The notes beneath the pieces were generated by a model. The model was not told the origin of the DNA. It saw only the letters and a program-made list of their open reading frames with translations, and made no database searches. The translations under genes and the position numbers were made by a program. 64,000 nt of DNA, from assembly GCA_963720675.1 (NCBI GenBank), contig CAVRGH010000004.1, forward strand, positions 135,531-199,530. The letters are read 5' to 3'. This document shows, one piece after another, positions 23,060 to 33,849 of the stretch. Every line of letters begins with the position of its first letter. Within the stretch, counting starts at the first letter, position 1. The stretch is from an uncultured Acidimicrobiia bacterium (GTDB lineage Bacteria; Actinomycetota; Acidimicrobiia; IMCC26256; PALSA-555).

Positions 23060-24243
23060 GCACCACCGAGACGCCGAACACCCCGCAGTTCGAGGTCGAC
23101 CCGGTCGCGCTCACGCCCCTGGGCGACGCACGCATCAACGTCGAGCTCGACACCGGCGACATGATCCTCAACATGGGGCCGCAGCACCCCGCGACGCACG
23201 GCACGCTGCGCCTCGTCGTGCGCCTCGACGGCGAGCGGGTCGTCGCCGCCGACCCGGTCATCGGGTACATGCACCGCGGCTACGAGAAGCTCGCCGAGTT
23301 CCGCACCTACCCGCAGGTGACGACGCTCATCAACCGGATCGACTGGCTCTCGAGCTTCGCCAACGAGGTCCCCTTCATGGAGGCCGCCGAGAAGCTCATG
23401 GACGTCGAGGCGCCGCCGCGCGCCAAGTACATCCGCACGATCCTCACCGAGCTGTCCCGGATCGCGACCTTCCTCCTCTTCCTCGGCGAGATGGGACTGC
23501 AGGTCGGCGCGCTCACGCCCGCGTTCTACGGGTTCCGCGACCGGGAGCACATCCTCAACCTCATCGAGGCCGTCACCGGGGGTCGGTTCCACCCGAACTT
23601 CAACCGCATCGGTGGCGTGAAGGACGACCTGCCCTGGGGCTGGCTCGCCGAGTGCCGGTCGGCCATGCAGATCGTGTTCGACGCGTGCGACGTGTTCGAG
23701 GACCTCGTCCTCGGCAACGAGATCTTCGAGGCCCGCTGCCGGGGCATCGGGATCATCCCCGCCGAGCTGGGTGCGGCCTACGGCGTGTCCGGCTCGAACC
23801 TGCGGGCGTCCGGCGTGGACTGGGACCTCCGACGCGACGGCGAGCCCTACCTCGCGTACCCGGACCTCGACTTCAAGGTGTGGACGCACCCCGACGGCGA
23901 CTCGTACTCGCGGTACTGGGTGCGACTCCAGGAGACGCGCGAGTCCGCGCGCATGGTGCTGCAGTGCCTCGATGCGATCCCCGCCGGCGCGGTGATGGCC
24001 AAGGTGCCGCGCATCATCAAGGTGCCCGAAGGTGAGATCTGGGTCGAGACCGAGAACCCGCTCGGGCAGATGGGCTACTACGTCGTGTCGAAGGGTGCGA
24101 CGGGCCCGTTCCGGGTGAAGATCCGCTCGGCCTCGTTCAGCAACGTCTCGATCCTGCCGTGGCTCCTGCAGGGCGTCTACGTGCCCGACATCATCACGAT
24201 CCTCGCGGGCCTGTACTTCATCCTCGGGGACATCGACCGATGA
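23056..24243 (+). CDS. nuoD: NuoD-like subunit (operon 2)
   Basis: NMGPQHPATHGTLR, GYMHRGYEK, ends GDIDR; no NiFe-binding CxxC pairs. Confidence 0.95.
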   Translation: MSTTETPNTPQFEVDPVALTPLGDARINVELDTGDMILNMGPQHPATHGTLRLVVRLDGERVVAADPVIGYMHRGYEKLAEFRTYPQVTTLINRIDWLSSFANEVPFMEAAEKLMDVEAPPRAKYIRTILTELSRIATFLLFLGEMGLQVGALTPAFYGFRDREHILNLIEAVTGGRFHPNFNRIGGVKDDLPWGWLAECRSAMQIVFDACDVFEDLVLGNEIFEARCRGIGIIPAELGAAYGVSGSNLRASGVDWDLRRDGEPYLAYPDLDFKVWTHPDGDSYSRYWVRLQETRESARMVLQCLDAIPAGAVMAKVPRIIKVPEGEIWVETENPLGQMGYYVVSKGATGPFRVKIRSASFSNVSILPWLLQGVYVPDIITILAGLYFILGDIDR

Positions 24244-24302
24244 GCCGCAGCGGAGCCGTGGCCGGATGGCCGGGACGGCGTAGCGAAGGCGACCGAGCAT
24301 GA
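24240..24302 (+). repeat. MIRU-like intergenic unit carrying a 20-codon ORF ([20 protein letters not shown])
   Basis: Starts at ATGA overlapping the nuoD2 stop and ends at ATGA overlapping the nuoH2 start. Confidence 0.55.
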
Positions 24303-25351
24303 TGAGCGGCGCAATCGCCAACCACGCGGTGCTCGCGCTCGAGGTCGGGTGGGGCACCACGATGGCCATCAAGACGCTGGTCATCCTGATGATCATCCCG
24401 TTGGGCGCGCTGATCCTCGGGTACACGTTCCTGCTCAAGATGATGAGCCACATGCAGAGCCGCCTCGGGCCGATGGACCCCGGCGGCTTCCACGGCTGGT
24501 TCCAGCTCGTCGGTGACGGCCTGAAGTTCCTCCAGAAGGAGGACATCATGCCGGGCGAGGCCGACCGGCGGGTCTTCGCCGCCGCGCCGGCCGTCGTCGT
24601 CCTCTCCACCTTCCTGGTGTTCGCGGTGATCCCGATGGGGCCCGACCTCGTCGTGAAGGATCTCGACGTCGGTGTCTTCTACGCCCTCGCGGTCTCGAGC
24701 CTCTCCGTCATCGGTGTGCTCATGGCCGGGTGGGCGAGCGCGAACAAGTTCGCCCTCCTCGGTGCGCTGCGCGCCGCCGCGCAGCTGATCGCGTACGAGC
24801 TCCCGCTGATCCTCGCGGTGGTCGGCGTCGTCATGCAGGCGGGCACGATGAGCCTGCAGGGGATCGTCTACGCGCAGCGCGACGGTTCGATGTTCGGCAT
24901 CGAGGCGCTCGGCAACCCCTTCATCTTCACGCAGTTCATCGGCTTCGCCCTGTTCCTCGTCGCGGCCCAGGCCGAGCTCACCCAGACCCCCTTCGACATG
25001 CCGGTCGCCGAGAGCGAGCTCGTGTCCGGGTACATGGTCGAGTACACGGGTTTCCGCTTCCTCTTCTTCTTCATCGGGGAGTTCGGCACCGCGTTCGCGT
25101 TCTCCGCGCTCGCGGCCACCCTCTTCCTCGGCGGCTGGTCGATCCCCGGCGTCACCGGCGACATGGCGAACATCCTCGGACCGTTCGCGCTGTTCGCGAA
25201 GCTCATGTTCGTGGCGTTCCTGATGTTCTGGGTCCGCTTCACCTATCCGCGTTTGCGTGAAGACCAGCTCCAGCAGCTGGCATGGAAGGTGCTGATCCCC
25301 ATCGGTCTGCTGAACATCCTGGTGACCGGCATCCTGAAGGTGGCCGTGTAG
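24299..25351 (+). CDS. nuoH: NuoH-like subunit (operon 2)
   Basis: [26 protein letters not shown]. Confidence 0.94.
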   Translation: MMSGAIANHAVLALEVGWGTTMAIKTLVILMIIPLGALILGYTFLLKMMSHMQSRLGPMDPGGFHGWFQLVGDGLKFLQKEDIMPGEADRRVFAAAPAVVVLSTFLVFAVIPMGPDLVVKDLDVGVFYALAVSSLSVIGVLMAGWASANKFALLGALRAAAQLIAYELPLILAVVGVVMQAGTMSLQGIVYAQRDGSMFGIEALGNPFIFTQFIGFALFLVAAQAELTQTPFDMPVAESELVSGYMVEYTGFRFLFFFIGEFGTAFAFSALAATLFLGGWSIPGVTGDMANILGPFALFAKLMFVAFLMFWVRFTYPRLREDQLQQLAWKVLIPIGLLNILVTGILKVAV

Positions 25352-25836
25352 TGCCGAAGCTTCCCGGACTCATCGGTGGGTTGGGCATCACGCTCAAGAC
25401 GATGTTCAAGCCCGCCGTCACGGTGCAGTACCCGCACGAGAAGGAGGCGCCGGCCCCGCGCGCCCGTGGGGTCATCGCGCTCAAGGAAGAGAACTGCACG
25501 GTCTGCATGCTGTGCGCCCGGTCGTGTCCCGACTGGTGCATCTACATCGAGGGCCACAAGGAGCAGCGCCCGCCGCGTCGCGAAGGCGGACGGCCGCGCT
25601 CGGTGAGCGTCCTCGACCGCTTCGACATCGACTACGCGCTGTGCATGTACTGCGGCATCTGTGTCGAGGTGTGCCCGTTCGACGCGCTGTTCTGGTCGCC
25701 CGAGTACGAGTACTCCGAGAACAGCATCGCCAAGCTGCTGCACGACAAGCAGAAGCTCGGCGAGTGGATGGAGAGCGTGCCCGAGCCCGAACCCCTCGAG
25801 GTCGGCGCCCTGCCCCCGAAGGGGGCGAAGAAGTAG
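25351..25836 (+). CDS. nuoI: NuoI-like subunit (operon 2)
   Basis: [12 protein letters not shown] and [12 protein letters not shown]. Confidence 0.94.
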   Translation: MPKLPGLIGGLGITLKTMFKPAVTVQYPHEKEAPAPRARGVIALKEENCTVCMLCARSCPDWCIYIEGHKEQRPPRREGGRPRSVSVLDRFDIDYALCMYCGICVEVCPFDALFWSPEYEYSENSIAKLLHDKQKLGEWMESVPEPEPLEVGALPPKGAKK

Positions 25837-25838
25837 CC

Positions 25839-26345
25839 ATGTGGGAGCAGCAGGTCGCGTTCTGGATCCTTGCCGTCGGCATGGCCGTCGCCGCGATCGG
25901 GGTCGTGCGATCGAAGAACATCGTGCACGCCGCGCTGTTCCTCGTAGTCGTGCTCGCGGGCGCGGCGGCGCAGTACATCCTGCTGGCCGCCGAGTTCGTC
26001 GCGTGGGTGCAGGTGCTCATCTACATCGGCGCGGTGGTCATCCTCTTCCTCTTCGGCATCATGCTCACCCGCGCGCCCATGCGCGGAGAAGGCGGGAAGC
26101 TCGACAACGACCAGCGCTGGGCAGCCGCCGCGGTGGCGCTGCTCGTCTTCGGCGTCCTCGTCGCGCTCCTGGTCGACGCCTTCGGGGGCCAGGAGATCCG
26201 GTTCGGCCACGAGCTCGTCGCGCAGGGGAGCACGGAGTCGGTCGGGAGCGACCTGTTCCGCAGCTTCGTCGTGCCGTTCGAGGTCGTCTCGATGTTGCTC
26301 CTCGCCGCGCTCATCGGCGCCGTCGTCCTGGCGAGAAGGGACTGA
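25839..26345 (+). CDS. nuoJ: NuoJ-like subunit (operon 2)
   Basis: [34 protein letters not shown]. Confidence 0.94.
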   Translation: MWEQQVAFWILAVGMAVAAIGVVRSKNIVHAALFLVVVLAGAAAQYILLAAEFVAWVQVLIYIGAVVILFLFGIMLTRAPMRGEGGKLDNDQRWAAAAVALLVFGVLVALLVDAFGGQEIRFGHELVAQGSTESVGSDLFRSFVVPFEVVSMLLLAALIGAVVLARRD

Positions 26346-26349
26346 CGCG

Positions 26350-26649
26350 GTGGAGCTGAACCAGTTCTTGATCCTCAGCGCGTTCCTGTTCGGGACCGGC
26401 ATCTACGGCGTGCTCGCCCGACGCAACGGCGTGCTCGTGCTCATGAGCGTCGAGCTGATGCTGAACGCCGTGAACATCAACCTGGTCGCGTTCTCGGCGT
26501 TCAACCACGACGTCGGTGGCCAGATCTTCGCTCTCTTCATCATTGCGATCGCTGCTGCCGAGGTGGGAGTCGGCCTCGCGATCGTCCTGCTCATCTACCG
26601 GAACCTGCGTAGTCCCGACCTCGACGAGGTCGACCAGTTGAAGGGCTGA
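26350..26649 (+). CDS. nuoK: NuoK-like subunit (operon 2)
   Basis: [27 protein letters not shown]. Confidence 0.95.
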   Translation: MELNQFLILSAFLFGTGIYGVLARRNGVLVLMSVELMLNAVNINLVAFSAFNHDVGGQIFALFIIAIAAAEVGVGLAIVLLIYRNLRSPDLDEVDQLKG

Positions 26650-26659
26650 GACTCACCCG

Positions 26660-28729
26660 ATGATGCTCGACTCCGTCTGGATCGTCGTGGCGCTCCCCGC
26701 GCTCTCGTTCCTCGTCATCCTCTTCTTCGGCAAGCGCTTGCCGAAGGGTGGTGCCTGGATCGGGATCGGGGCCGTCGGCGCGTCGTTCGTCCTGTCCTGT
26801 GTCACCGCTGCGCAGTGGATCAGCCGCGTCAGCGATGCCGAAGGGCACTCGGTCGGCCTCGGGGCCTTCGGCAAGGGCGTGCTGCTCTCCGGTGGCGAGC
26901 ACGCCGTGGTGCAGCCGGTGGTGCACTCGATCACGTGGTGGCGGACCGGCGGCGTCACCTTCAGCGTCGGCACGTACGTCGACGGCCTCACCGTGATGAT
27001 GCTCTTCGTCGTCACGATCATCTCGCTGCTCGTGCACATCTACTCGACGGGGTACATGCGCGGCGACCACCGCTACACGTGGTTCTTCGCCTGCCTCTCG
27101 CTCTTCACCTCCTCGATGCTGCTCCTGGTCGTCGCCGACAACACGCTGCAGATGCTGGTGGGCTGGGAGCTGGTCGGCCTCTGCTCGTTCATGCTCATCG
27201 GCTTCTGGTGGGAGGACCCGGCCAACTCGCGCGCCGCGATCAAGGCGTTCCTCACCACCCGCACCGGCGACATCGGCCTGATGATCGGCGTGATCATCCT
27301 CTTCTTCGCGGTCGGCTCGTTCGGGATCGAGCAGACGAACCTCTACGCCAACGGCCCGCTCGGTCAGCACGACATCCTGCTGGCCGCCTCGGTCTGCCTG
27401 ATGATCGCGATCATGGGCAAGAGCGGCCAGTTCCCGCTGCACACCTGGCTGCCCGACGCGATGGCCGGCCCGACGCCGGTCTCCGCGCTCATCCATGCCG
27501 CCACGATGGTCGTCGCCGGCGTCTTCCTCGGCGCCCGCCTCTACCCGGTGTTCTACGAGGGCTTCTCGATCGGCGACGGCGGCGTGAACATGATGGCGTT
27601 GATCGGCGGCATCACGATCCTGATCGGCGCGGTGCTCGCGTTCGTCCAGAAGGACATCAAGAAGGTCCTCGCGTACTCGACGATCAGCCAGCTCGGGTAC
27701 ATGGTGATGGCGCTCGGTGTCGGGGCCTGGGTGGCCGCGGTCTTCCACCTCTTCACCCACGCGTTCTTCAAGGCGCTGCTGTTCCTCGGCGCCGGCTCGG
27801 TCAGCCACGGCGGGACGCACCACAGCTTCGACATGGGCGAGATGGGTGGGCTGCGCAAGCCGATGCCCATCACCTTCTGGACCTTCATGATCGGGTCGCT
27901 GGCGCTCTGGCGGGCGTCTTCCCGCTCGCGGGGTTCTGGTCGAAGGACGAGATCCTCGTCAACGCCGGGTCGAACGGCTTCGAGGTGTTCATGGTCGTCG
28001 GGTTCGTCGGCGCGTTCCTCACCGCGGCCTACATGACCCGCTGCGTGTACCTGACGTTCTTCGGGGAGTACCGGGGGACGCACCACCCGCACGAGTCCGA
28101 GCGCTCGATCACGATCCCGCTCGATCATCCTGGCCGGGTTCTCGATCTTCGTCGGGCTCATCAACGCGGCTCCCTCGGGCCTCGAGAAGTTCACCGAGTA
28201 CGTGGAGCCGACGTTCGCGTTCCCCGATCTCGCCCACGCCGAGTTCGACTACCCGAAGGCGATCATCTCGCTCGCGATCGTGGCGCTCGCGATCGGCGTC
28301 GCCGGGTTCTTCTGGTTCCGCCACGAGGAGTTCGGCAAGCTCAAGGGGCTCACGGAGCGCAACCGGGCCGCGCACGCGGGCTACACGTTCCTCGAGAACA
28401 AGTACTACCTCGACCACCTCTACGAGAACGTCATCGTCGGCGGTATCACCGGACCGGTGGCCCGCGCCTCGTACTGGGTCAACCAGCACGTCATCGACGG
28501 TGTGGTCAACGGTGCCGGTCGCGGTGCCCGTGCGTTCGGGCAGGTCGCGTACGACACCTTCGATCAGCGAGTGGTCGACGGTGCGGTCAACGCGCTCGCG
28601 ACCGAGACCGGCGCGGCCGGTGAAGAGCTGCGCAAGATCCAAACGGGACAGGTACAGCGGTACGCATTGCTGTTGTTCGCATCGGTGGGGCTGCTCAGCC
28701 TCATCCTGTTCCTGACGAACGTCCTCTAG
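26660..28729 (+). CDS. nuoL: NuoL-like subunit (operon 2), frameshifts near 27907 and 28123
   Basis: WELVG, GKSGQFPLHTWLPDAMAGPTPVSALIHAATMV; C-terminal QTGQVQRY in a shifted frame. Confidence 0.9.
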
Positions 28730-28755
28730 ATCGGCATCGGAAGGGCTACGGAGCG

Positions 28756-30304
28756 ATGGACTGGTTCGACGACTCGGCGTTGACGCTGGCGGTGTTCGTA
28801 CCGCTCGTCGGCATGGCGCTGGTGCTGCTCATCCCGAAGGTCCACGAGACTGCGATCAAGTCGATCGCCCTGCTCACCGCGGTCATCACCGGTGCGGTGG
28901 GGATCGGGATCCTCGCGCGCTTCGACTACGGCGCGTCCGGGAAGCTGCAGTTCCAGATCAACAAGCCATGGATCCCGCTCATCCACAGTCGGTACCACCT
29001 CGGCATCGACGGCATCTCCCTGCCGTTGCTGATCCTCTCGATGCTCATGGTGATCCTGTGCATCATCTACTCGTGGGACCACTTCCCCGAGCCGCACAAC
29101 CCGAAGGCGTTCCTCGCGCTGATCCTGCTGCTGCAGGTCGGGATGAACGGCACGTTCGTCGCGCAGGACCTGATCCTCTTCTTCATCTTCTTCGAGCTCG
29201 TCCTGCTGCCGATGTTCTTCATGATCGGCGTCTGGGGCGGACCGAACCGCGAGTACGCGTCGATCAAGTTCTTCCTCTTCACGCTCTTCGGCTCGGCGCT
29301 CATGTTGGTGAGCTTCCTGGCCATCTACTTCGTGTCCGACGTGCAGACGTTCGACATGGTCGCGTTGTCGCGCCTCGGTGCCGCGGGGATCACGCAGTCG
29401 ACCCAGGTGCTCCTGTTCGCGGGCCTGTTCCTCGGCTTCGCGATCAAGGTGCCGATGTTCCCGTTCCACACGTGGCTGCCCGATGCGCACACCGAGGCGC
29501 CGACCGTGGGCTCGGTGCTCCTGGCCGCGATCATGCTGAAGCTCGGCACCTACGGCTTCATCCGGATCGCCCTGCCGATCCTGCCCAAGGGGGCGGAGGA
29601 GTGGGCCCCCTGGATCGGGCTGCTCGCGGTGATCGGCATCATCTACGGGGCGCTGTGCTGCCTCGCGCAGAAGGACATGAAACGGCTCATCGCCTTCTCG
29701 TCCGTCTCGCACATGGGCTTCGTGATGCTCGGCATCGCGACGCTCACCAGCTTCGGGCTCAACGCGGCCGATCTTCGGGATGGTCGCGCACGGTTTCATC
29801 ACCGGCATGCTGTTCTTCCTCGCCGGTTCGGTCCAGGAGCGCTACGGCACCCGCGAGATGAGCCGCCTCGGCGGCCTGCTCACGCAGGCGCCCAAGCTCG
29901 GGTGGATCCTCGGCTTCACCGCGATGGCCTCGCTCGGGCTCCCGGGCCTGGCGGGCTTCTGGGGTGAGTTCCCGGCGGTGCTCTCCGCGTACGACCCGTC
30001 GAAGCTCGCCCAGGGCCTGTTCGGCTCCGACAACAACCTGTGGACCTATCGGACCTTCATGGTCGTCGCGGCGATCGGCACCGTGCTGGCCGCGGGCTAC
30101 CTGCTCATGATGCTGCAGAGGGTCGCGTTCGGGAAGGTGAAGCCGGAGTTCGAGCACGCCCACATCCACGACGTGCACGTGCTCGAGTGGGTCGCGTGGA
30201 CGCCACTCCTGCTGCTCACCGTGATCCTCGGCTTCTACCCCGACCTGCTCTTCTCGATCACCGACGGTGCCGTGAACAACGTGACGAAGGTCTTCGGGGG
30301 ATAG
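28756..30304 (+). CDS. nuoM: NuoM-like subunit (operon 2), frameshift near 29770
   Basis: GIDGISLP, FPFHTWLPDAHTEAPT, then MVAHG..LPGLAGFWGEF. Confidence 0.92.
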
Positions 30305-30307
30305 CGC

Positions 30308-31772
30308 GTGAACCCCTCGATCGACTACCACGCGCTCGCGCCGGAGATCGTCCTCACCGGGACGATCATCGTGTGCCTGCTCGTGGACCTCTTCGTCTCC
30401 GGGCGGCCCGCAGCTCGTCCCGCGGCTCGCGAGCTTCGGGGTGCTCGGCGCGCTCATCCCGGTGCTCACGCTCGCGGCCGACGGCACCGACCGCTCGATG
30501 TTCGGCGGCGCGATCGTCGTCGACAACTACGCGCTCGCGTTCCAGGGCTTCTTCCTGATCGTCGCGTACCTCTCGCTGCTGCTCTCGTTCGACGAGATCT
30601 CGGAGGGCGACTACTACCGCGGCGAGTACTACGTGCTCATGCTCACGTCGGTGCTCGGGCTCCTCGTCATGGCGATGTCCCGCGACCTGATCTCGATCTT
30701 CGTGGCCCTCGAGACGATCTCGATCCCGACGTTCGTCCTCGCCGCGTGGCGCAAGCACGACACCAAGTCGAACGAGGCCGGCCTGAAGTACTTCCTCATC
30801 GGCGTGCTCTCGTCCGCAGTGATGCTCTACGGCATGTCGCTGGTCTACGGGCTGTCGAGCTCGACGCTGCTCACCGACATCAACCGCTACGCGCTCAGCA
30901 ACACGCCGGCCCTGTTCGCGGTCGCGATCTTCCTCACCCTGGTCGGCTTCGCGTTCAAGGTGAGCGCGGTGCCGTTCCACTTCTGGGCGCCGGACACCTA
31001 CGTCGGCGCTCCGCTCCCGGTCACCTCGTTCCTGTCGGTGGCGTCGAAGGCCGGCGGGTTCGTCGCCCTGCTCACGATCATCAAGTTCGGGTTCTTCAAC
31101 TCGACCGACTCGTGGGAGCCGATCCTCTGGATCCTCGCCGCGGCGTCGATGACGCTCGGGAACCTGGCCGCGCTCAAGCAGACGAACGTGGTGCGGATGC
31201 TGGCCTACTCGTCGATCGCCCAGGGTGGGTTCATCCTGGTGCCGCTGGCGGTGGCGGGCGACGTGGTGGGCAACTCGGCGTGGGAAGCCGTCATCATCTA
31301 CATCATCATCTACGGCGCGATGAACATCGGCGCCTTCGCCGCCGTGATCGCCGTGGCGCGACGCACGCGCTCGGCCGAGATCAAGAGCTTCTCGGGTCTC
31401 GGGACGACCGACTCGCGCACTGCGGTGCTGCTCTCGATCTTCCTGTTCTCGCTCGCCGGCATCCCGCCGTTCGCGGGGTGGTTCGCGAAGTTCGTGATGT
31501 TCCGAGCCGTCTTCGACGCCGGCACCACGTCGGCCGTCGTGCTGGGTGTGATCGCGGCGGTCAACTCGGTGATCGCGTTCTACTACTACATGGCAGTGGT
31601 CCGCCGGATGTGGTTCCACGAGGCGGAGGAGCCGGTCGTGACGGCCGCGTCGTCGCCGGTCCCGGTCGCCCTCACCGCGGCGATGTTCCTCTCGACCGCG
31701 GTCGTGATCATCTGCGGTGTCGCACCGCACATCGTCGCCCGCGTCGGCGAGCTCGCCTTCACGCCTGGCTGA
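30308..31772 (+). CDS. nuoN: NuoN-like subunit (operon 2), frameshift near 30407
   Basis: LAPEIVL N-terminus; EAGLKYF, PFHFWAPDTY, RMLAYSSIAQGG, GIPPFAGWFAKF. Confidence 0.92.
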
Positions 31773-31781
31773 TCTCGCTCA

Positions 31782-31808
31782 CCGCGGGCCGGGATACCCG
31801 GCCCGCGG
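31782..31808. terminator. Hairpin after nuoN2 with CCGGG-ATA-CCCGG core
   Basis: ccgcgggccggg-ata-cccggcccgcgg, perfect 12-bp stem. Confidence 0.55.
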
Positions 31809-31871
31809 CCGTTCGCTCGCTGGCGGACTCACTCCGCTGCGCTTCGTTCGCCGCGCGCGTAGCGTCGGCGC

Positions 31872-33049
31872 ATGTCCCTGGAACATGTGCTCGGCGATCG
31901 GATCCGCCGGAACGGCCCGATCACGTTCGCGGAGTTCCAGGACGCCGCGCTCTACGACCCCGAGGGCGGGTTCTTCACCACCGGTGGCGGTGCGGGACGC
32001 GCCGGACGCGACTTCGTCACCAGCCCCGAGGTCGGCACGTTGTTCGGTGCCCTCGTGGCCCGGCACCTCGACCGGACGTGGACGCGTCTGGGCGCGCCGG
32101 ATCCCTTCGTCGTGGTCGAGGTCGGTGCCGGGCGCGGCCGGCTCGCAGCCGACGTCCTCCGAGCGGCGCCCGGCGTGCGCGCGCGGCCCTGCGATACGTG
32201 CTGGTCGAGCGGTCCGAGCTGCTGCGGACCGAGCAGCGCGATCTCCTCGCGGTCGAGCCGGCCGACGAGGCGCTCGGACCGGTGCTCCGCAGCGCCGACC
32301 CGGACGAGGACGACGAGCGGGTCCCGGGGACGGGGCCGATCGTGGCCTCGATCGACGAGCTGCCGGGCGTGGTGTTCCAGGGCGTCGTGCTCGCGAACGA
32401 GCTGCTCGACAACCTGCCCGTGCGCATCGTGCAGGCCACGGCGGACGGCTGGGCCGAGGTGCGGGTCGGCCTCGAGGCCGAGCGACTCGCGGAGGTGCTC
32501 GTGCCGGCCGATCCGACGCTCGCGGCCGAGGCGGCGGTCGTGGCCGACGGCACGCCGGTCGCCGAGGGTGTGCGCCTCCCGGTGCCGACCGCGATCGCCG
32601 ACTGGCTGGCGGCGGCTGCCGCGGTGCTGCGTCGGGGGGAGGTCGTGCTGCTCGACTACGCGGACGGGGCCGCCGGCCTCGCCCGCCGACCGCCCACCGG
32701 CACCGACGGATGGCTCCGCACCTATCGCCTCCACGAGCGGGGCGGCGACGCGCTCGACCGGCCCGGCACCCAGGACATCACCGCCGACCTCCCGCTCGAG
32801 TACCTGCGGGCGGTGGCCACGCGATCGGGCTTCGCCGTCGCGGCCGAGGTCTCCCAGGCCGAGTGGCTCCGAGGGCTCGGGGTCGACGACCTGGTGGAGG
32901 AGGGCCGTGCGGTCTGGCGGGAGCGGGCCCACCTCGGCGACCTCGAGGCGATCGCCGGGCGCAGCCGGGTCGGCGAGGCCGAGGCCCTGCTGGACCCGGC
33001 CGGTCTGGGCGCCCACCGGGTCATCACGCTCGAGCGGTCGTTCCGATAG
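31872..33049 (+). CDS. NDUFAF7/MidA-family SAM-dependent methyltransferase, frameshift near 32170-32185
   Basis: GPITFAEF..ALY.P..GFF, DFVTSPEV, VEVGAGRG, then ANELLDNLP, LDY, GTQDITA, SQAEWL. Confidence 0.88.
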
Positions 33050-33114
33050 CGTCACCCCCGCCTTTCCCGGGCCAACAGGTTCGGGTCATCTACAGGCTGT
33101 AGGGGGAGAACGAC

Positions 33115-33693
33115 ATGGTCGAGACGCAAGCGGCGGCCGCCGACATCAAGCAGGCCGCCAAGGCCTGGTGGCTGTTCCTCGTCACCGGGATGCTCTGGTT
33201 CATCATCTCGCTCGTCGTGCTGCGCATGAACGACCGCTCGATCACGACCGTGGGGGTCATCCTCGGGATCGTGTTCATCATCGGGGCGTTCAACGAGTTC
33301 CTGATGATGGGGGCCGACAGCACCGGATGGAAGGTCCTGCACGGGATCCTCGGTGTGCTGTTCATCCTTGCCGGGATCTGGGCGTTCGTGCAGCCCGAGG
33401 AGGCGTTCTGGGCGCTGGCGTCGGTGCTCGGGTTCCTGCTGCTCTTCATGGGGCTCTTCGAGATCATCGCCGCGGTGGCCACCAAGGAGATCAACCCGCT
33501 CTGGTGGCTCGGCCTGATCGCCGGGATCCTGTTCCTCGTGCTGGCGTTCTGGACGTCGCAGCAGCTCGTCACGACGAAGGGGCAGCTGCTCCTCTTCTAC
33601 GTCGGCCTGATGGCGATGTTCCGGGGGATCAGCCAGATCGTGTTCGCGTTCGGCATCCGCCACGTGGGCAAGGAAGCCGCCAAGCTGGCCTAG
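33115..33693 (+). CDS. HdeD/DUF308-type membrane protein
   Basis: About six TM segments in a repeated pattern (WWLFL..G..G..) typical of HdeD. Confidence 0.7.
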   Translation: MVETQAAAADIKQAAKAWWLFLVTGMLWFIISLVVLRMNDRSITTVGVILGIVFIIGAFNEFLMMGADSTGWKVLHGILGVLFILAGIWAFVQPEEAFWALASVLGFLLLFMGLFEIIAAVATKEINPLWWLGLIAGILFLVLAFWTSQQLVTTKGQLLLFYVGLMAMFRGISQIVFAFGIRHVGKEAAKLA

Positions 33694-33728
33694 CCGGCAC
33701 CGGCTCCACCGAAAGCACGTTCGCGATG

Positions 33729-33766
33729 CTCCCGCCGGGTCCGCCCGGCGGGAGCGTCGCGTCCGG
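33729..33766 (+). repeat. 38-bp direct repeat, copy 1 (hairpin)
   Basis: ctcccgccgggtccgcccggcgggagcgtcgcgtccgg, 37/38 identical to 34949..34986. Confidence 0.9.
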
Positions 33767-33849
33767 ACCCCCGCTGACCGTCGGTCGGGTGGCTAGAGTC
33801 TGCCGATCACCCTCCGGGCGGAGGGTCGTGAGCGGGGAGCGGTCATGAG

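Noticed and set aside
23056-24243. Operon 2 as a group 4 [NiFe]-hydrogenase
   Set aside because: NuoD2 lacks the N- and C-terminal CxxC nickel ligands, ends in GDIDR, and nuoA, J and K are present
30308-33848. 913-aa and 658-aa ORFs suggesting a NuoN-methyltransferase fusion
   Set aside because: Chimeras of off-frame sequence created by indels at ~30407 and ~32180; nuoN2 has its own stop at 31772 and the methyltransferase its own ATG at 31872
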